Assembly: GCA_050737735.1 (NCBI GenBank)
Contig: JBOHYM010000031.1
Location: forward strand, 18,132-82,131
Direction of reading: 5' to 3'
DNA: 64,000 nt
From: Rhodanobacter sp.
GTDB lineage: Bacteria; Pseudomonadota; Gammaproteobacteria; Xanthomonadales; Rhodanobacteraceae
The translations under genes and the position numbers were made by a program. Each line of letters opens with the position of its first letter. Position 1 is the first letter of the stretch. Under the pieces are notes generated by a model. The model made no database searches, was not told the DNA's origin, and saw nothing but the letters and a program-made list of their open reading frames with translations. Below are positions 46,958 through 57,416 of this stretch, in pieces.

Positions 46958-47785
46958 TCACTCGCCGCTGCGCAGCAGTTCGTTGATGCCGGTCTTGCTG
47001 CGGGTCTTCTCGTCGACCTGCTTGACGATGATCGCCGCGTACAGGCTGTGGCTGCCGTCCTTCGCCGGCAGGCTGCCGGCCACCACCACGCTGCCGGCTG
47101 GCACCCGGCCATAGCTGACTTCGCCGGTGGCGCGGTTGTAGATGCGGGTGGACTGGCCGAGGAACACGCCCATGCCGATCACGCTGCCCTTTTCCACCAC
47201 CACGCCCTCGACCACTTCCGAACGCGCGCCGATGAAGCAGTTGTCCTCGATGATGGTGGGGTTGGCCTGCAGCGGCTCCAGCACCCCGCCGATGCCGACG
47301 CCGCCAGACAGGTGCACGCCGGCACCGATCTGCGCGCAGGAACCGACCGTGGCCCAGGTGTCGATCATGCTGCCGGCACCAACCCATGCGCCGATATTGA
47401 CGTAGCTCGGCATCAGCACCGCGTCCTTCGCGATATGCGCGCCACGACGCACCAGCGCACCCGGTACCACGCGCGCGCCAAGCTGCTGCAGTTCGGCGTC
47501 GTTGCCCCGGGCGAAGCGCAGCGGCACCTTGTCGAACGCCTGCGCCGGACCACCGTCGACCACGCAGTTGTCGTTGATGCGAAAATACAGCAGCACCGCT
47601 TTCTTGATCCACTGGTTCACCGTCCAGCCGCCGTGGCCGTCCGGTTCGGCGACCCGGCGCTCGCCGGATTCGAGCAGGTCGATGACCTGGCCGATGGCGG
47701 GCCGCAGATGGGTCTCGATCTCGGCCTGGGTGAGTTCGTTGCGGCGCTCGAAGGCGGCGTCAATCAGGGTTTCAATAGCTTGCAT
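46958..47785 (-). CDS. dapD: 2,3,4,5-tetrahydropyridine-2,6-dicarboxylate N-succinyltransferase
   Basis: [43 protein letters not shown]. Confidence 0.96.
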   Translation of the reverse strand: MQAIETLIDAAFERRNELTQAEIETHLRPAIGQVIDLLESGERRVAEPDGHGGWTVNQWIKKAVLLYFRINDNCVVDGGPAQAFDKVPLRFARGNDAELQQLGARVVPGALVRRGAHIAKDAVLMPSYVNIGAWVGAGSMIDTWATVGSCAQIGAGVHLSGGVGIGGVLEPLQANPTIIEDNCFIGARSEVVEGVVVEKGSVIGMGVFLGQSTRIYNRATGEVSYGRVPAGSVVVAGSLPAKDGSHSLYAAIIVKQVDEKTRSKTGINELLRSGE

Positions 47786-48034
47786 GGGACGGATTCGCTG
47801 GTTGTAAGGCAGATGGAAGACAGACCACACCGGGCTGATCGCAAAGAGTACATGCTGCGGCGATCGATACGGACCCGTCAGGCACCCAGCCTTCCATCGG
47901 GCCATACCACCGGTCGCGGTTTCATCTGCCTTTAACCCGCTGCGGCAGTACATTGAACAACCAGCTGGCACAGAACGTCTTCCCTCTCGCCGAGTCGGTT
48001 CGTTCCCCCATACCAGACCTGAGGAATACCGGAA

Positions 48035-48589
48035 ATGAGTCAACTGAAGATCGCCGTTTTCGTCGGCAGCCTGCGCAAGGATTCATTCAACCGCCGGCTC
48101 GCCCGAGCCGTGGAGAAGCTGGCGCCGGCCGGGTTCGCGTTCCGGCATGTCCCGATCGACGGCCTGCCGTTGTACTCGCAGGATTTCGACGCCGCCTACC
48201 CGGCCCCCGCCAGCCAGTTGAAAAAGGAGGTCGAAGCGGCCGACGGACTGCTGTTCGTCACGCCCGAATACAACCGCTCGATCCCCGGCGTGCTGAAGAA
48301 CGCGATCGACATCGCCTCGCGTCCGTGGGGCACCAACTCGTTTGCCGGCAAGCCGGCCGGCGTGATCGGCGCATCGATCGGCACCGGCGGCACCGCACTG
48401 GCGCAACAGCACCTGCGCAACGTGCTGGCCTATCTCGACGTGCCGGTGCTGGCGCAGCCGGAAGTGTTCATCCATTTCAAGGACGAGTTGATTGCCGATG
48501 ACGGCACCATCGGCAACGACGGCACCCGGAAATTCCTGCAGGGTTTCATGGACAACTACGCCGCGTGGGTCAGGCGCTTCGCACATTGA
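48035..48589 (+). CDS. NADPH-dependent FMN reductase (ChrR-like)
   Basis: [26 protein letters not shown]. Confidence 0.92.
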   Translation: MSQLKIAVFVGSLRKDSFNRRLARAVEKLAPAGFAFRHVPIDGLPLYSQDFDAAYPAPASQLKKEVEAADGLLFVTPEYNRSIPGVLKNAIDIASRPWGTNSFAGKPAGVIGASIGTGGTALAQQHLRNVLAYLDVPVLAQPEVFIHFKDELIADDGTIGNDGTRKFLQGFMDNYAAWVRRFAH

Positions 48590-48644
48590 GGACATGCCGG
48601 CGCGTAACACCTTCCCGTCGTTTGCGCCGCAGGAGAATCAAGCC

Positions 48645-48926
48645 ATGCACAAACAGATCAGCGAGGGTTTCATGGTCTTCCTCTCCGATGGCGACGAGGG
48701 GATCGGTTCAGTCCGCGAGGTTCGCCATGGTCTGCCGGAGCTGCTCATCTATATCGAAAATGCCGGCGACTTCGTGGTGCCGGTCTCGGCGGTCAGTGCG
48801 GTCCACTCCGGCAAGGTAATCCTGGCCTGGGACAGGCTGGACTTGCGCCTGCGCAACGCGATCGCCCATGCCCGCGATTCGGAAGATCCCGACTATGTCG
48901 CGCCGGACTCGAGCGAGGACGAATAG
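48645..48926 (+). CDS. Small hypothetical protein (PRC-barrel-like)
   Basis: SD AGGAG; GIGSVREV..GDFVVPVSAV; 93 aa. Confidence 0.7.
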   Translation: MHKQISEGFMVFLSDGDEGIGSVREVRHGLPELLIYIENAGDFVVPVSAVSAVHSGKVILAWDRLDLRLRNAIAHARDSEDPDYVAPDSSEDE

Positions 48927-49110
48927 CGAGGTCCCCAGCCCCGGTTTTCACGACCATGTCCAGGCGAAGCGCTGGCCTGATACCGGTGATCCGCGACTGA
49001 CCGATCGGGCGCTGGACGCCCCCTGCTTCGCGGGGTCAAATCGGAGTCCGTGGCCCGCGCATACAGAAACGGCGCAAAGCCCGCAGGCCGCGCCGTTGCT
49101 GGATTTCAAT

Positions 49111-49185
49111 TGGTGGGCGGTACAAGGATCGAACTTGTGACCCCTACCATGTCAAGGTAGTGCTCTACCGCTGAGCTAACCGCCC
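49111..49185 (-). tRNA. tRNA-Val (GAC)
   Basis: GGGCGGTTAGCTCAGCGGTAGAGC..CTACC-TTGACAT-GGTAG..GTTCGATCC..CCGCCCACCA; cloverleaf with encoded CCA. Confidence 0.97.
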
Positions 49186-49265
49186 GTCTCGCCTCGGATG
49201 ACCGCGCGAGCCGCGCAGTATACGGCAGTGGCTGGCACTCGACAATATCCCACCCCGCCGGCCGC

Positions 49266-51284
49266 TCAGCGCAGGGCCTGTTCGCGCAACTGATGGATCT
49301 GGTCGCGCAGCCGCGCGGCGTCCTCGAACTCCAGATTCTGTGCGTGCTTGTACATCTGCGCCTCGAGTTTCTTCAGCATGCCCGCGGCCTGTTGCGTGTT
49401 GAGTCCGGCGTAATCGGCAGCCTGTTCCGCCACGGCCCGGCTGCGCGAGGATTTGCTGCCGCGACGGTTACCTGCCTCGCTGCGCGCGCCCTCCATGATG
49501 TCGGCGATGCGTCGCACGATGGTGGTCGGTACGATGCCCTGCTGCTCGTTCCATGCCATCTGCTTCTCGCGACGGCGCGCGGTTTCGTCGATCGCCGCCT
49601 GCATCGAGCGGGTGATCTGGTCGCCGTACAGGATTGCCTTGCCGCGCACGTTGCGGGCGGCGCGACCGATGGTCTGGATCAGCGAGCCGGTGGAGCGCAG
49701 GAAACCTTCCTTGTCGGCATCGAGGATCGCCACCAGCGACACCTCGGGCATGTCCAGGCCCTCGCGCAGCAGGTTGATGCCAACCAGCACGTCGAACTCG
49801 CCCAGGCGCAGGTCGCGGATGATCTCGCTGCGCTCGACCGTCTCGATATCCGAATGCAGGTAACGCACCTTCACGTCGTGCTCGGCCAGATACTCGGTGA
49901 GGTTCTCCGCCATGCGCTTGGTCAGCGTGGTGACCAGCACGCGATCGCCGATCGCCACGCGCTTGTGTACTTCGCCGAGCAGGTCGTCGACCTGGGTGCG
50001 CACCGGGCGCACTTCCACCTCCGGGTCGACCAGGCCAGTGGGGCGTACCACCAGCTCGACCACCGCCTCACCCGATTTATCCAGTTCGTACGCACGCGGA
50101 GTGGCGGAGACATAGATCGCACGCGGCACGCGCTGCTCCCACTCCTCGAAGCGCAACGGCCGGTTATCCATCGCCGAGGGCAGCCGGAAACCGAATTCCA
50201 CCAGGGTCTCCTTGCGCGAGCGGTCGCCCTTGTACATCGCACCAAGCTGCGGCACGGTGACATGTGACTCGTCCACCACCAGCAGGCCGTCGGCCGGTAG
50301 ATAGTCGAACAAGGTGGGCGGCGGCTCGCCGGGCGCGCGCCGGGTCAGATGGCGCGAGTAGTTCTCGATACCCTGGCAGTAGCCGACCTCGGCCATCATC
50401 TCGATATCGAAACGCGTGCGCTGGTCCAGCCGCTGCGCCTCGACCAGCTTGTTGTCCTTGTACAACTGCTCCAGCCGTTCCTTCAGCTCGACCTTGATCG
50501 TCTCGATCGCGTTCAGCACGCTCTCGCGCGTGCTGGCGTAGTGCGTGCGCGGGTAGACCGTGTAGCGCTGTACCTTGCGGATCGTTTCGCCGGTGAGCGG
50601 ATCGAACAGCGCCAGGTTCTCCACCTCGCCATCGAACAGTTCGATGCGTAGCGCTTCGGTTTCCGACTCAGCCGGAAACACATCGATGATCTCGCCGCGC
50701 ACGCGGTAGGCACCACGACGCAGTTCCATCTCGTTGCGGGTGTACTGCAACTCGGTCAGCTGGTGGATCAGCTTGCGCTGGTCGATGCGTTCGCCCTTGG
50801 CCAGGATCAGCCGCAGGCTCAGATAATCCTCCGGATTGCCGAGGCCATAGATCGCCGACACGGTAGCGACGATGATCGAATCCCGCCGCGACAGCAGCGC
50901 CTTGGTCGCCGACAACCGCATCTGCTCGATGTGCTCGTTGATCGAGGCATCCTTTTCGATGAAGGTGTCCGACGCCACCACGTAGGCTTCCGGCTGGTAG
51001 TAGTCGTAATAGCTGACGAAATACTCCACCGCGTTGTGCGGGAAGAATTCCTTGAATTCGCCGTACAGCTGCGCCGCCAGCGTCTTGTTCGGTGCCATCA
51101 CGATGGTCGGCCGCTGCACCCGCTCGATCATGTTGGCGATGGTGTAGGTCTTGCCTGAACCGGTCACGCCGAGCAGGGTCTGTGCTGCCAGGCCCGCCTC
51201 GAAGCCCTCGGCCAGACGCTGGATCGCCTGCGGCTGGTCGCCGGCAGGCTGATAGGGAGCAACAAGCTGGAAGCGGTCAGTCAT
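49266..51284 (-). CDS. uvrB: Excinuclease ABC subunit B
   Basis: [39 protein letters not shown]-terminal UVR domain. Confidence 0.98.
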   Translation of the reverse strand: MTDRFQLVAPYQPAGDQPQAIQRLAEGFEAGLAAQTLLGVTGSGKTYTIANMIERVQRPTIVMAPNKTLAAQLYGEFKEFFPHNAVEYFVSYYDYYQPEAYVVASDTFIEKDASINEHIEQMRLSATKALLSRRDSIIVATVSAIYGLGNPEDYLSLRLILAKGERIDQRKLIHQLTELQYTRNEMELRRGAYRVRGEIIDVFPAESETEALRIELFDGEVENLALFDPLTGETIRKVQRYTVYPRTHYASTRESVLNAIETIKVELKERLEQLYKDNKLVEAQRLDQRTRFDIEMMAEVGYCQGIENYSRHLTRRAPGEPPPTLFDYLPADGLLVVDESHVTVPQLGAMYKGDRSRKETLVEFGFRLPSAMDNRPLRFEEWEQRVPRAIYVSATPRAYELDKSGEAVVELVVRPTGLVDPEVEVRPVRTQVDDLLGEVHKRVAIGDRVLVTTLTKRMAENLTEYLAEHDVKVRYLHSDIETVERSEIIRDLRLGEFDVLVGINLLREGLDMPEVSLVAILDADKEGFLRSTGSLIQTIGRAARNVRGKAILYGDQITRSMQAAIDETARRREKQMAWNEQQGIVPTTIVRRIADIMEGARSEAGNRRGSKSSRSRAVAEQAADYAGLNTQQAAGMLKKLEAQMYKHAQNLEFEDAARLRDQIHQLREQALR

Positions 51285-51434
51285 CGGCTACATATGTGGG
51301 CGAGGCAGGACATTCTAAATCGGGCCTGCTGACAGGATGCGTCAGCAGCGTCCGACGCCCGCACGATGGTCCGGCTGCTGGCCGCATTCCCGTGCCGCCC
51401 TAGCATGAAACTCCGGCTGCGCAAGGATGACGCC

Positions 51435-51992
51435 ATGCGGATTCACGAGGGTTCCGGATCACCGGCCAGACAATCTGGCGTGACCTTGATCGAGCAGATC
51501 ATGGTGCTCGCCATCATCGCGGTACTGACCGGCATTGCCGCACCGCCGCTGCGGCAGTTGCTGAGTCGCAACCAGCTGCAGGTCGCGCAGACCGATTTCA
51601 TCGCGGCATTGCAGCACACCCGCGGCACCGCCATCACCAGCGGCAAACGCACCCTGTTCTGTCCGAGCAGCGACGGCCGTCGCTGCAGCAACGAAACGCG
51701 CTGGGATGGCGGTTGGCTGATCGGTCACGATGCCGATCGCGACAACCAGCCCGACAACGGCCCGCTGCGCACCGGACGCGGCTACGACAAAATCAACATC
51801 CTCGGCGACAGCGGACGTCCCCTCGTGCGCTTCCAGAGCGACGGCAGCGCCGGCGGCAACCCGAACACCTGGAGATTCTGCCGCCAAGGCCAGCCGGCCC
51901 AGGCACTGATCGTGGTGGTCTCCAACTCCGGCCGCATCCGCGGCGCACCCGCCAGCGCCAGTCAGGCGGCAGACTGCGCACAGATGAAGTAA
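51435..51992 (+). CDS. fimT: Orphan FimT/GspH family minor pilin
   Basis: Class III signal peptide QSG/VTLIE; FimT core; C-terminal SNSGRIR (GRxR) motif. Confidence 0.85.
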   Translation: MRIHEGSGSPARQSGVTLIEQIMVLAIIAVLTGIAAPPLRQLLSRNQLQVAQTDFIAALQHTRGTAITSGKRTLFCPSSDGRRCSNETRWDGGWLIGHDADRDNQPDNGPLRTGRGYDKINILGDSGRPLVRFQSDGSAGGNPNTWRFCRQGQPAQALIVVVSNSGRIRGAPASASQAADCAQMK

Positions 51993-52015
51993 CCGGATGC
52001 CTGCCGCAGAAAAGC

Positions 52016-52039
52016 AAAAAGCCGGCAATCTGCCGGCTT
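52016..52039 (-). terminator. Rho-independent terminator after tRNA-Asn (possibly bidirectional)
   Basis: AAGCCGGCA-ATC-TGCCGGCTT stem with an A-run on the left. Confidence 0.75.
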
Positions 52040-52049
52040 GTGCGAATGA

Positions 52050-52126
52050 TGGCGCCCGAAGCTGGACTCGAACCAGCGACCCCCTGATTAACAGTCAAGT
52101 GCTCTAACCAGCTGAGCTATTCGGGC
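52050..52126 (-). tRNA. tRNA-Asn (GTT)
   Basis: GCCCGAATAGCTCAGCTGGTTAGAGC..CTTGA-CTGTTAA-TCAGG..GGTTCGAGTCC..TTCGGGCGCCA. Confidence 0.97.
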
Positions 52127-52196
52127 GTGAGCTGCGTAGTTTGTCGGGGCTGAGGCCAGCTGTCAAGCCGTTGCTGGCGAATCGTCAGGCAAAATT

Positions 52197-53606
52197 TCAG
52201 CTCGTGAGCACCCGATAACACGGCACGTAAGCCGCACCGCCGGGAAGCTTCATGCGGTGTTGCCCGACGAACGCCTGCAACAACTTGTCCAGTGCCTGCA
52301 TGATGTCCGCATCGCCGTCGATATCGAACGGACCGGACTGTTCGATCGCCTGCACGCCTTCTTCCTTCACGTTGCCGGCGACGATGCCGGAGAAGGCCCG
52401 GCGCAGATCCGCCGCCAGCTCATGCAGCGGCCGGCCGTGGCGAATCTGCAGCGCGCGCATCGCCTCGTGGGTGGGACGGAAAGGTGTCTGGAACACCAGC
52501 GGGATCTGCAACGCCCAGTTGAAGAAAAACGCATCCTTGGTGTCCAGCCGATGATTGCGCACCTTGTCGATGCCCTTGATCATCGAGCGCGCGACGGCGG
52601 CCGGATCATCCACGATGATCTGGTAGTGCCGAGCCACATCGTCGCCCAGAGCCAGGCGCAGGAAACGGTCGATCTGCTCGAAGTACGCAGCCGACTGTCG
52701 CGGCCCGGTGAAGATCAGCGGGAATGGCGTGCCGGCGTTGTCCGGGTGCAGCAGGATGCCGAGCAGGTAGAGGATTTCCTCGGCCGTGCCGACGCCACCG
52801 GGGAACACGATGATGCCGTGGCCGATGCGCACGAACGCCTCAAGCCGCTTCTCGATATCCGGCATGATCACCAGGTGGTTGACGATCGGGTTCGGCGACT
52901 CGGCCGCGATGATGCCCGGCTCGGTGATGCCGATGTAACGGTTGTTGCGGCGCCGCTGCTTGGCATGCGCGATGGTCGCGCCCTTCATCGGTCCCTTCAT
53001 GGCGCCGGGACCGCAACCGGTGCAGATATCCAGCCCGCGCAGGCCGAGCTGGTAGCCGACCGACTTGGTGTAGTCGTATTCCTCGCGCGAGATCGAATGC
53101 CCGCCCCAGCACACCACCAGATTGGGATCGATGTGCGGCTTCAGGATGCGTGCATTGCGCAGGATCTCGAACACGCCCTGGGTCAGGCCAGCCGAGCCAT
53201 CCAGATCAACACCGATCTGTTCCAGCTGGGTCGACACATAGACAATGTCGCGCACCACCGCTACCAGCAGTTCGTTGATGCCGCGGATGATCTGACCGTC
53301 CACGAAGGCCTGCGACGGTGCGTGGCTCAGCTCGATCTTGATGCCGCGATCCTGCTGCAGCACCTGGATGTCGAAATCCGGGTACTGCTCGAGGATCGCC
53401 CGCGGATCGTCGCTGATGCTGCCTGACGTCAGCACCGCCAGCGCGCAACGGCGCAGCAGCGCATGCAGGCCCGAACCGCTGGCGCCGCGCAGCCGCATGA
53501 CCTCGTTGCGGGAAAGAATATCCAGTCCGCCCACCGGCGAAATGCGCGCGCTGACGGTGGCTGACTTGTCGCGCGTGGTGGCGTTGCTATCGTTCATCCG
53601 AATCAT
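52197..53606 (-). CDS. ppnN: Nucleotide 5'-monophosphate nucleosidase PpnN (LOG/SLOG family)
   Basis: CWGGHSISREEYDY, CTGCGPGAMKGPMKGA, DIEKRLEAFVR, FPGGVGTAEE. Confidence 0.95.
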   Translation of the reverse strand: MIRMNDSNATTRDKSATVSARISPVGGLDILSRNEVMRLRGASGSGLHALLRRCALAVLTSGSISDDPRAILEQYPDFDIQVLQQDRGIKIELSHAPSQAFVDGQIIRGINELLVAVVRDIVYVSTQLEQIGVDLDGSAGLTQGVFEILRNARILKPHIDPNLVVCWGGHSISREEYDYTKSVGYQLGLRGLDICTGCGPGAMKGPMKGATIAHAKQRRRNNRYIGITEPGIIAAESPNPIVNHLVIMPDIEKRLEAFVRIGHGIIVFPGGVGTAEEILYLLGILLHPDNAGTPFPLIFTGPRQSAAYFEQIDRFLRLALGDDVARHYQIIVDDPAAVARSMIKGIDKVRNHRLDTKDAFFFNWALQIPLVFQTPFRPTHEAMRALQIRHGRPLHELAADLRRAFSGIVAGNVKEEGVQAIEQSGPFDIDGDADIMQALDKLLQAFVGQHRMKLPGGAAYVPCYRVLTS

Positions 53607-53712
53607 TCTCCTGACCGCCGGTTCGCGGTATTCGTTGCATCATCAATCATGCGCCGACAATCATGGGCCGACCGCGTAGCTTCCCGCGCCGGCTGCATCG
53701 GGTCAAGCGAAC

Positions 53713-53743
53713 AAAAAAACCGGCGCCCTTGCGGACGCCGGTT
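53713..53743 (-). terminator. Rho-independent terminator
   Basis: AACCGGCG..CGCCGGTT stem with a T7 tail on the minus strand, after the Oar-like TBDR stop. Confidence 0.8.
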
Positions 53744-53766
53744 GCTGTCACGACCTTGCCGATGGA

Positions 53767-56700
53767 TCAGAAGGTGTACTTCACGGTCAGCTGCACCGAC
53801 CAGCGCTGGGCCAGATCGTCGCCATTGTTGACATAGGTGGGGATGGCCAGCGGGGTGTAATTGCCACTGTTGTCGATGTAATTGGTACAGGTCGCCGCAC
53901 CGCCGCACGAGATGTCGTAAATGTACTTGCCGGTGGCCTTGTCCACGCCATAGAAATCGGCCAGTGCACGACCACCGGGGAACGTGACGCGCTTCTCGAT
54001 GCCCCAGTTCTTGTTGAGCGCGTTGAGGAAGTTGTACACATCCAGCCTGATCTGGCCCTTGTTGCCCTTGAAGAGGCCCGGAATCTCCTGGCTGAAGCTC
54101 AGGTCGAGCTGGTTGATCCAACCCGCGCGAGCGCCATTGCGCCTGGCCACCTGGCCCTGATGCTCCTTCAGATAGCTGTCATTCTGGATGTAGCTGTAGA
54201 ACTGCTGCTGCAGCAGGGCATCACGCGCGGCATTGCCAGTTGTACGGAACTCCACGTCGCCCGGCTTCGGAATGTAGACGAGGTCGTTGGTGAAGGTATC
54301 GCCGTTGGCATCGTTGCCGAACGACCAACTGTACGGGTACGCCGAATGGCCATCGTAGAACGCACTGGCGCTGGTCACGTAGTCGCCAAAGAAACGATGC
54401 TGCCAGTTCAGCGCGGCGATCACCCGCTTGGGCACTGAATAGTTCGATACGCTGGCCACGTTCTCGTTCGAGTTCTTGACGTAGTTGTACTTGTAATTCG
54501 ACGACGCCACGCTCGATGTACCAGGATTCACTTCGGTCGCACGGCTAAGCGTGAAGCCGACCATGCCGGACCACTCGTCGCTGAACGACTTCTTCAGCTG
54601 CAAGGTCAGGCTGTCGGCCTTGCCGCGACTGCTGTCCGCCAGATTGATCGTGTTGGCACTGAAGGCCGAGTTGGAGTTGTAGACCGACTGCTGGTTCTTG
54701 GCCTTCGGGTCACTGTATGGCAGGAAGTAGTAACTGTTGCGGCCATCCGGCAGTTGCAAAGTCGGTGCACCCAGGTTGATTGCCTGGTACCAGATCGCAT
54801 CGCGCTGGATGATGTGCTGGTAGTCGGCGGTGGCTACCAAGCCCCACCACGGCAACTCGCGATCGACACCCAGGCTGAGCTTCCATGCCGAGGGAATCTG
54901 GAACCCGGGCGAAACCGTGTTGACCGTCATCGCGCCGGAACCCGGCGGACCATCGTTCTGCGCATACGGATTCGTGCTGAACGCAGGTAGGTTGGCGTTG
55001 CAGGGGGCCTTTTGCGTCGGACCGCAGTTGAACTGCGTCTGGGTGATGCCGGAGTTGGAGAAGATGTTGCCGATCCACACGCCCGGGGGGTTGGACACGA
55101 ACAGGCCCGCGCCGCCGCGCAACTGGGTCATGCGCTCGGTGTCGAAGCTGTAGTTGAACGACATGCGCGGCTGCACCACGCGGTTGCCGTTGATCGTGGT
55201 CTGGTTGGTGCGGCCGAAACCACCCGTGGCCTGCCCCGTCTTCGGGTTGACCCCTGGCGCAGCCGCAAACGCCGCGTTGTACAGCGGCTGGTCGCTCATC
55301 AGCGGAATATCCACGCGCACGCCGTACTGCAGCGAAAGGCGGGGGGTGACCTGCCAGGTGTCCTGCAGGAACACGCCGTACTGGGTCAGGTTGTAGGCCG
55401 CCGCGGTCTGCGCCATATCCAGCCCGTTGGCCGGACGGTTGTAGTAATACTGGTAGTAATTACCGGCGGCGAAATTCTGCAGGCCGGTGTTCGTGCTGCC
55501 GGTCAGGTTCTCGAAGGTATAGGCGCCGAACGCATTCTGCACGAACAGGTTGTAATACTTGTCCTTCTCGAAATCGACGCCGCCCTTCAGCGTGTGGTCG
55601 CCCAGGAACAACGTGCCAGCCCATGCCGCGTTCAGGGTCTTCACCTTGAGCACGTTGGCCTGGCTGGAGTACTCGGTGCCGAATTCAACCGACGGACCCG
55701 GATATACCCTCGGATAAACCGTGATGTCGGGCATCGCCACGCCGTTGTATGGACCGCGGTTCTGCTCGAAGTTCGAGTACGACAAGGTGGTGTCGGTGGA
55801 GAACTTGTCCGACCAGTCGTCGTAGAAATGCAGCGCGTAGTTCTTGTTGTCGACGGCGGTCTTGTACCAGCCGCTGGAAAGCACCAGCTTGGTCGAGCTG
55901 CCGGTGATGATCGGCTTGTTTTCCTTGGTCTCGGTGTAGGTGAAGCTAGCGCGGTGGCTGTCGTTGATGTTCCAGTCGATCTTGCCCAGGTAACGCTTGT
56001 CGAGCAGGTTCGAGTTGCCGCCGCCGACCGAGCCGATGTCGGTCAGGCCGTAGGCCGCAGCCGCATCACGGATTCTCTGGACATCGGCGGTGGTCAGCCC
56101 GGCGATCGGCACCGCCGCGCCGGAATCGGCCGGGCCATACGGGCTGCCAGGGCCGATCTGGGTGCTCTTTTCGTACGAGGCGAAGAAGAACAGCTTGTCC
56201 TGGATGATCGGGCCACCCACGGTGGCGCCACCGGTCCACGCACGCGAGAAACCGGTGTACGACTTGCCACTCTGGTTGTCGCCGATCATCTTGTCGTTCT
56301 GGTAAACGTAATACACCGAACCGTGGAAATCGTTGGTACCGCTCTTGGTCACCGCGTTCACGGTGGCGCCCAGGCCGCGGCGATTGGCCACGTCATAATT
56401 CGCGGTGGAGATGTTGTATTCCTGGATCGTGTCCTGCGAGATCGGCGTACCCAGCGTCGGCAGGCCGTTCGCGTTCAGGCCGAACGGGTCGTTCGCGCTG
56501 ATCGAGTCGACCGTGATGTTGTTGTAGCGGCTGTTCTGGCCGTTGGCGGAAATTTCGCCACGGGCGCGATCGGTGATGACCACGCGCGGATCCATGCGCA
56601 CGATGTTCTGGATCGAACGGCCCGGGGTCGGCTGGGCGTCCAGCTCGGCACGCGAGACATTGGTACTGATGCCCTTGTTGTCCGCCGAGAACGTCTGCGC

Positions 56701-57102
56701 CAATGCATTCGCCGACACGGTCACGCCAGCCAGATCTTTCGCGTCCTTCGCCTCTGCGCCGCCGGCCATCATCAGGTTGACCGGGGTTTCCTGGGCCAGT
56801 TGCAGATACACGTTGTTCTGCTCGACCTTGGTCACGCCGTCCTTGGACACGGTCACGTCGAACGGACCACCTACGCGCAGGCCCTGTGCGGCATAGCGGC
56901 CATCCGCGTCAGTCGTGGTGACCTTGGTGGTACCGGACGGCTCGTGCACGATCTGCACGGTGGCGCCGGCTACCGGCTGACCACTGGCATCCAGCACGCG
57001 ACCGGAGATGGCGGAAGAGGTGTCCTGCGCCAGGATCGGCGAGGAAGCGAGCAGCGTGGCGATCGCCAGCGGCAGCAGTTTTGCGCGAATGGTGCTTTTC
57101 AT
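53767..57102 (-). CDS. Oar-like TonB-dependent receptor with carboxypeptidase-regulatory N-domain
   Basis: Signal peptide; SGRVLDASGQPVAGATV..TDADGRY; plug (NAVTKSGTNDFHGS); C-terminal VKYTF; 1111 aa. Confidence 0.92.
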   Translation of the reverse strand: MKSTIRAKLLPLAIATLLASSPILAQDTSSAISGRVLDASGQPVAGATVQIVHEPSGTTKVTTTDADGRYAAQGLRVGGPFDVTVSKDGVTKVEQNNVYLQLAQETPVNLMMAGGAEAKDAKDLAGVTVSANALAQTFSADNKGISTNVSRAELDAQPTPGRSIQNIVRMDPRVVITDRARGEISANGQNSRYNNITVDSISANDPFGLNANGLPTLGTPISQDTIQEYNISTANYDVANRRGLGATVNAVTKSGTNDFHGSVYYVYQNDKMIGDNQSGKSYTGFSRAWTGGATVGGPIIQDKLFFFASYEKSTQIGPGSPYGPADSGAAVPIAGLTTADVQRIRDAAAAYGLTDIGSVGGGNSNLLDKRYLGKIDWNINDSHRASFTYTETKENKPIITGSSTKLVLSSGWYKTAVDNKNYALHFYDDWSDKFSTDTTLSYSNFEQNRGPYNGVAMPDITVYPRVYPGPSVEFGTEYSSQANVLKVKTLNAAWAGTLFLGDHTLKGGVDFEKDKYYNLFVQNAFGAYTFENLTGSTNTGLQNFAAGNYYQYYYNRPANGLDMAQTAAAYNLTQYGVFLQDTWQVTPRLSLQYGVRVDIPLMSDQPLYNAAFAAAPGVNPKTGQATGGFGRTNQTTINGNRVVQPRMSFNYSFDTERMTQLRGGAGLFVSNPPGVWIGNIFSNSGITQTQFNCGPTQKAPCNANLPAFSTNPYAQNDGPPGSGAMTVNTVSPGFQIPSAWKLSLGVDRELPWWGLVATADYQHIIQRDAIWYQAINLGAPTLQLPDGRNSYYFLPYSDPKAKNQQSVYNSNSAFSANTINLADSSRGKADSLTLQLKKSFSDEWSGMVGFTLSRATEVNPGTSSVASSNYKYNYVKNSNENVASVSNYSVPKRVIAALNWQHRFFGDYVTSASAFYDGHSAYPYSWSFGNDANGDTFTNDLVYIPKPGDVEFRTTGNAARDALLQQQFYSYIQNDSYLKEHQGQVARRNGARAGWINQLDLSFSQEIPGLFKGNKGQIRLDVYNFLNALNKNWGIEKRVTFPGGRALADFYGVDKATGKYIYDISCGGAATCTNYIDNSGNYTPLAIPTYVNNGDDLAQRWSVQLTVKYTF

Positions 57103-57345
57103 CGAACATCGATCCCATGGTGGTTCGCAATAAATAACGAATCAGGCAACAAGCAAAGCCACTCGCCACCAGAGAAATCTCTGTAAGACGATGATTTTTC
57201 TTTTTGTTCCCCTGAAGGAGCTGGCCGAAACCGAACTGCTTGGCTTCGCCAGATCGGGCTAAAGTTACGCGCAGGATATTACAATTTCGTAACTACTTGC
57301 CATATTCGAGATTTTTTGCTGACCCGCCAAGGAGTTGCCGGCAAC

Positions 57346-57377
57346 AAAAAGGCCGGCACCCGAAGGTGCCGGCCTTT
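57346..57377 (-). terminator. Rho-independent terminator
   Basis: AAAGGCCGGCACC-CGAA-GGTGCCGGCCTTT; TTCG loop and T tail on the minus strand. Confidence 0.85.
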
Positions 57378-57416
57378 GAACCACGCAGTACCTGCCGCGG
57401 TGTGTGACTTCCGTTT

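Noticed and set aside
47786-49185. Genomic islet integrated at tRNA-Val
   Set aside because: No duplicated tRNA 3' end (att site) and no integrase were found by eye.
52197-53606. ppnN (also SLOG/LOG fold) as part of the TIR system
   Set aside because: It is a full-length housekeeping PpnN more than 10 kb away, separated by core genes.
8343-57186. Long antisense or alternate-frame ORFs (e.g. 8343-10349+, 12173-14038+, 26494-27981-, 33005-34597-, 39926-41827-, 55012-57186+)
   Set aside because: Shadow ORFs of well-supported genes, expected in high-GC DNA with biased codon usage; they carry no protein motifs.
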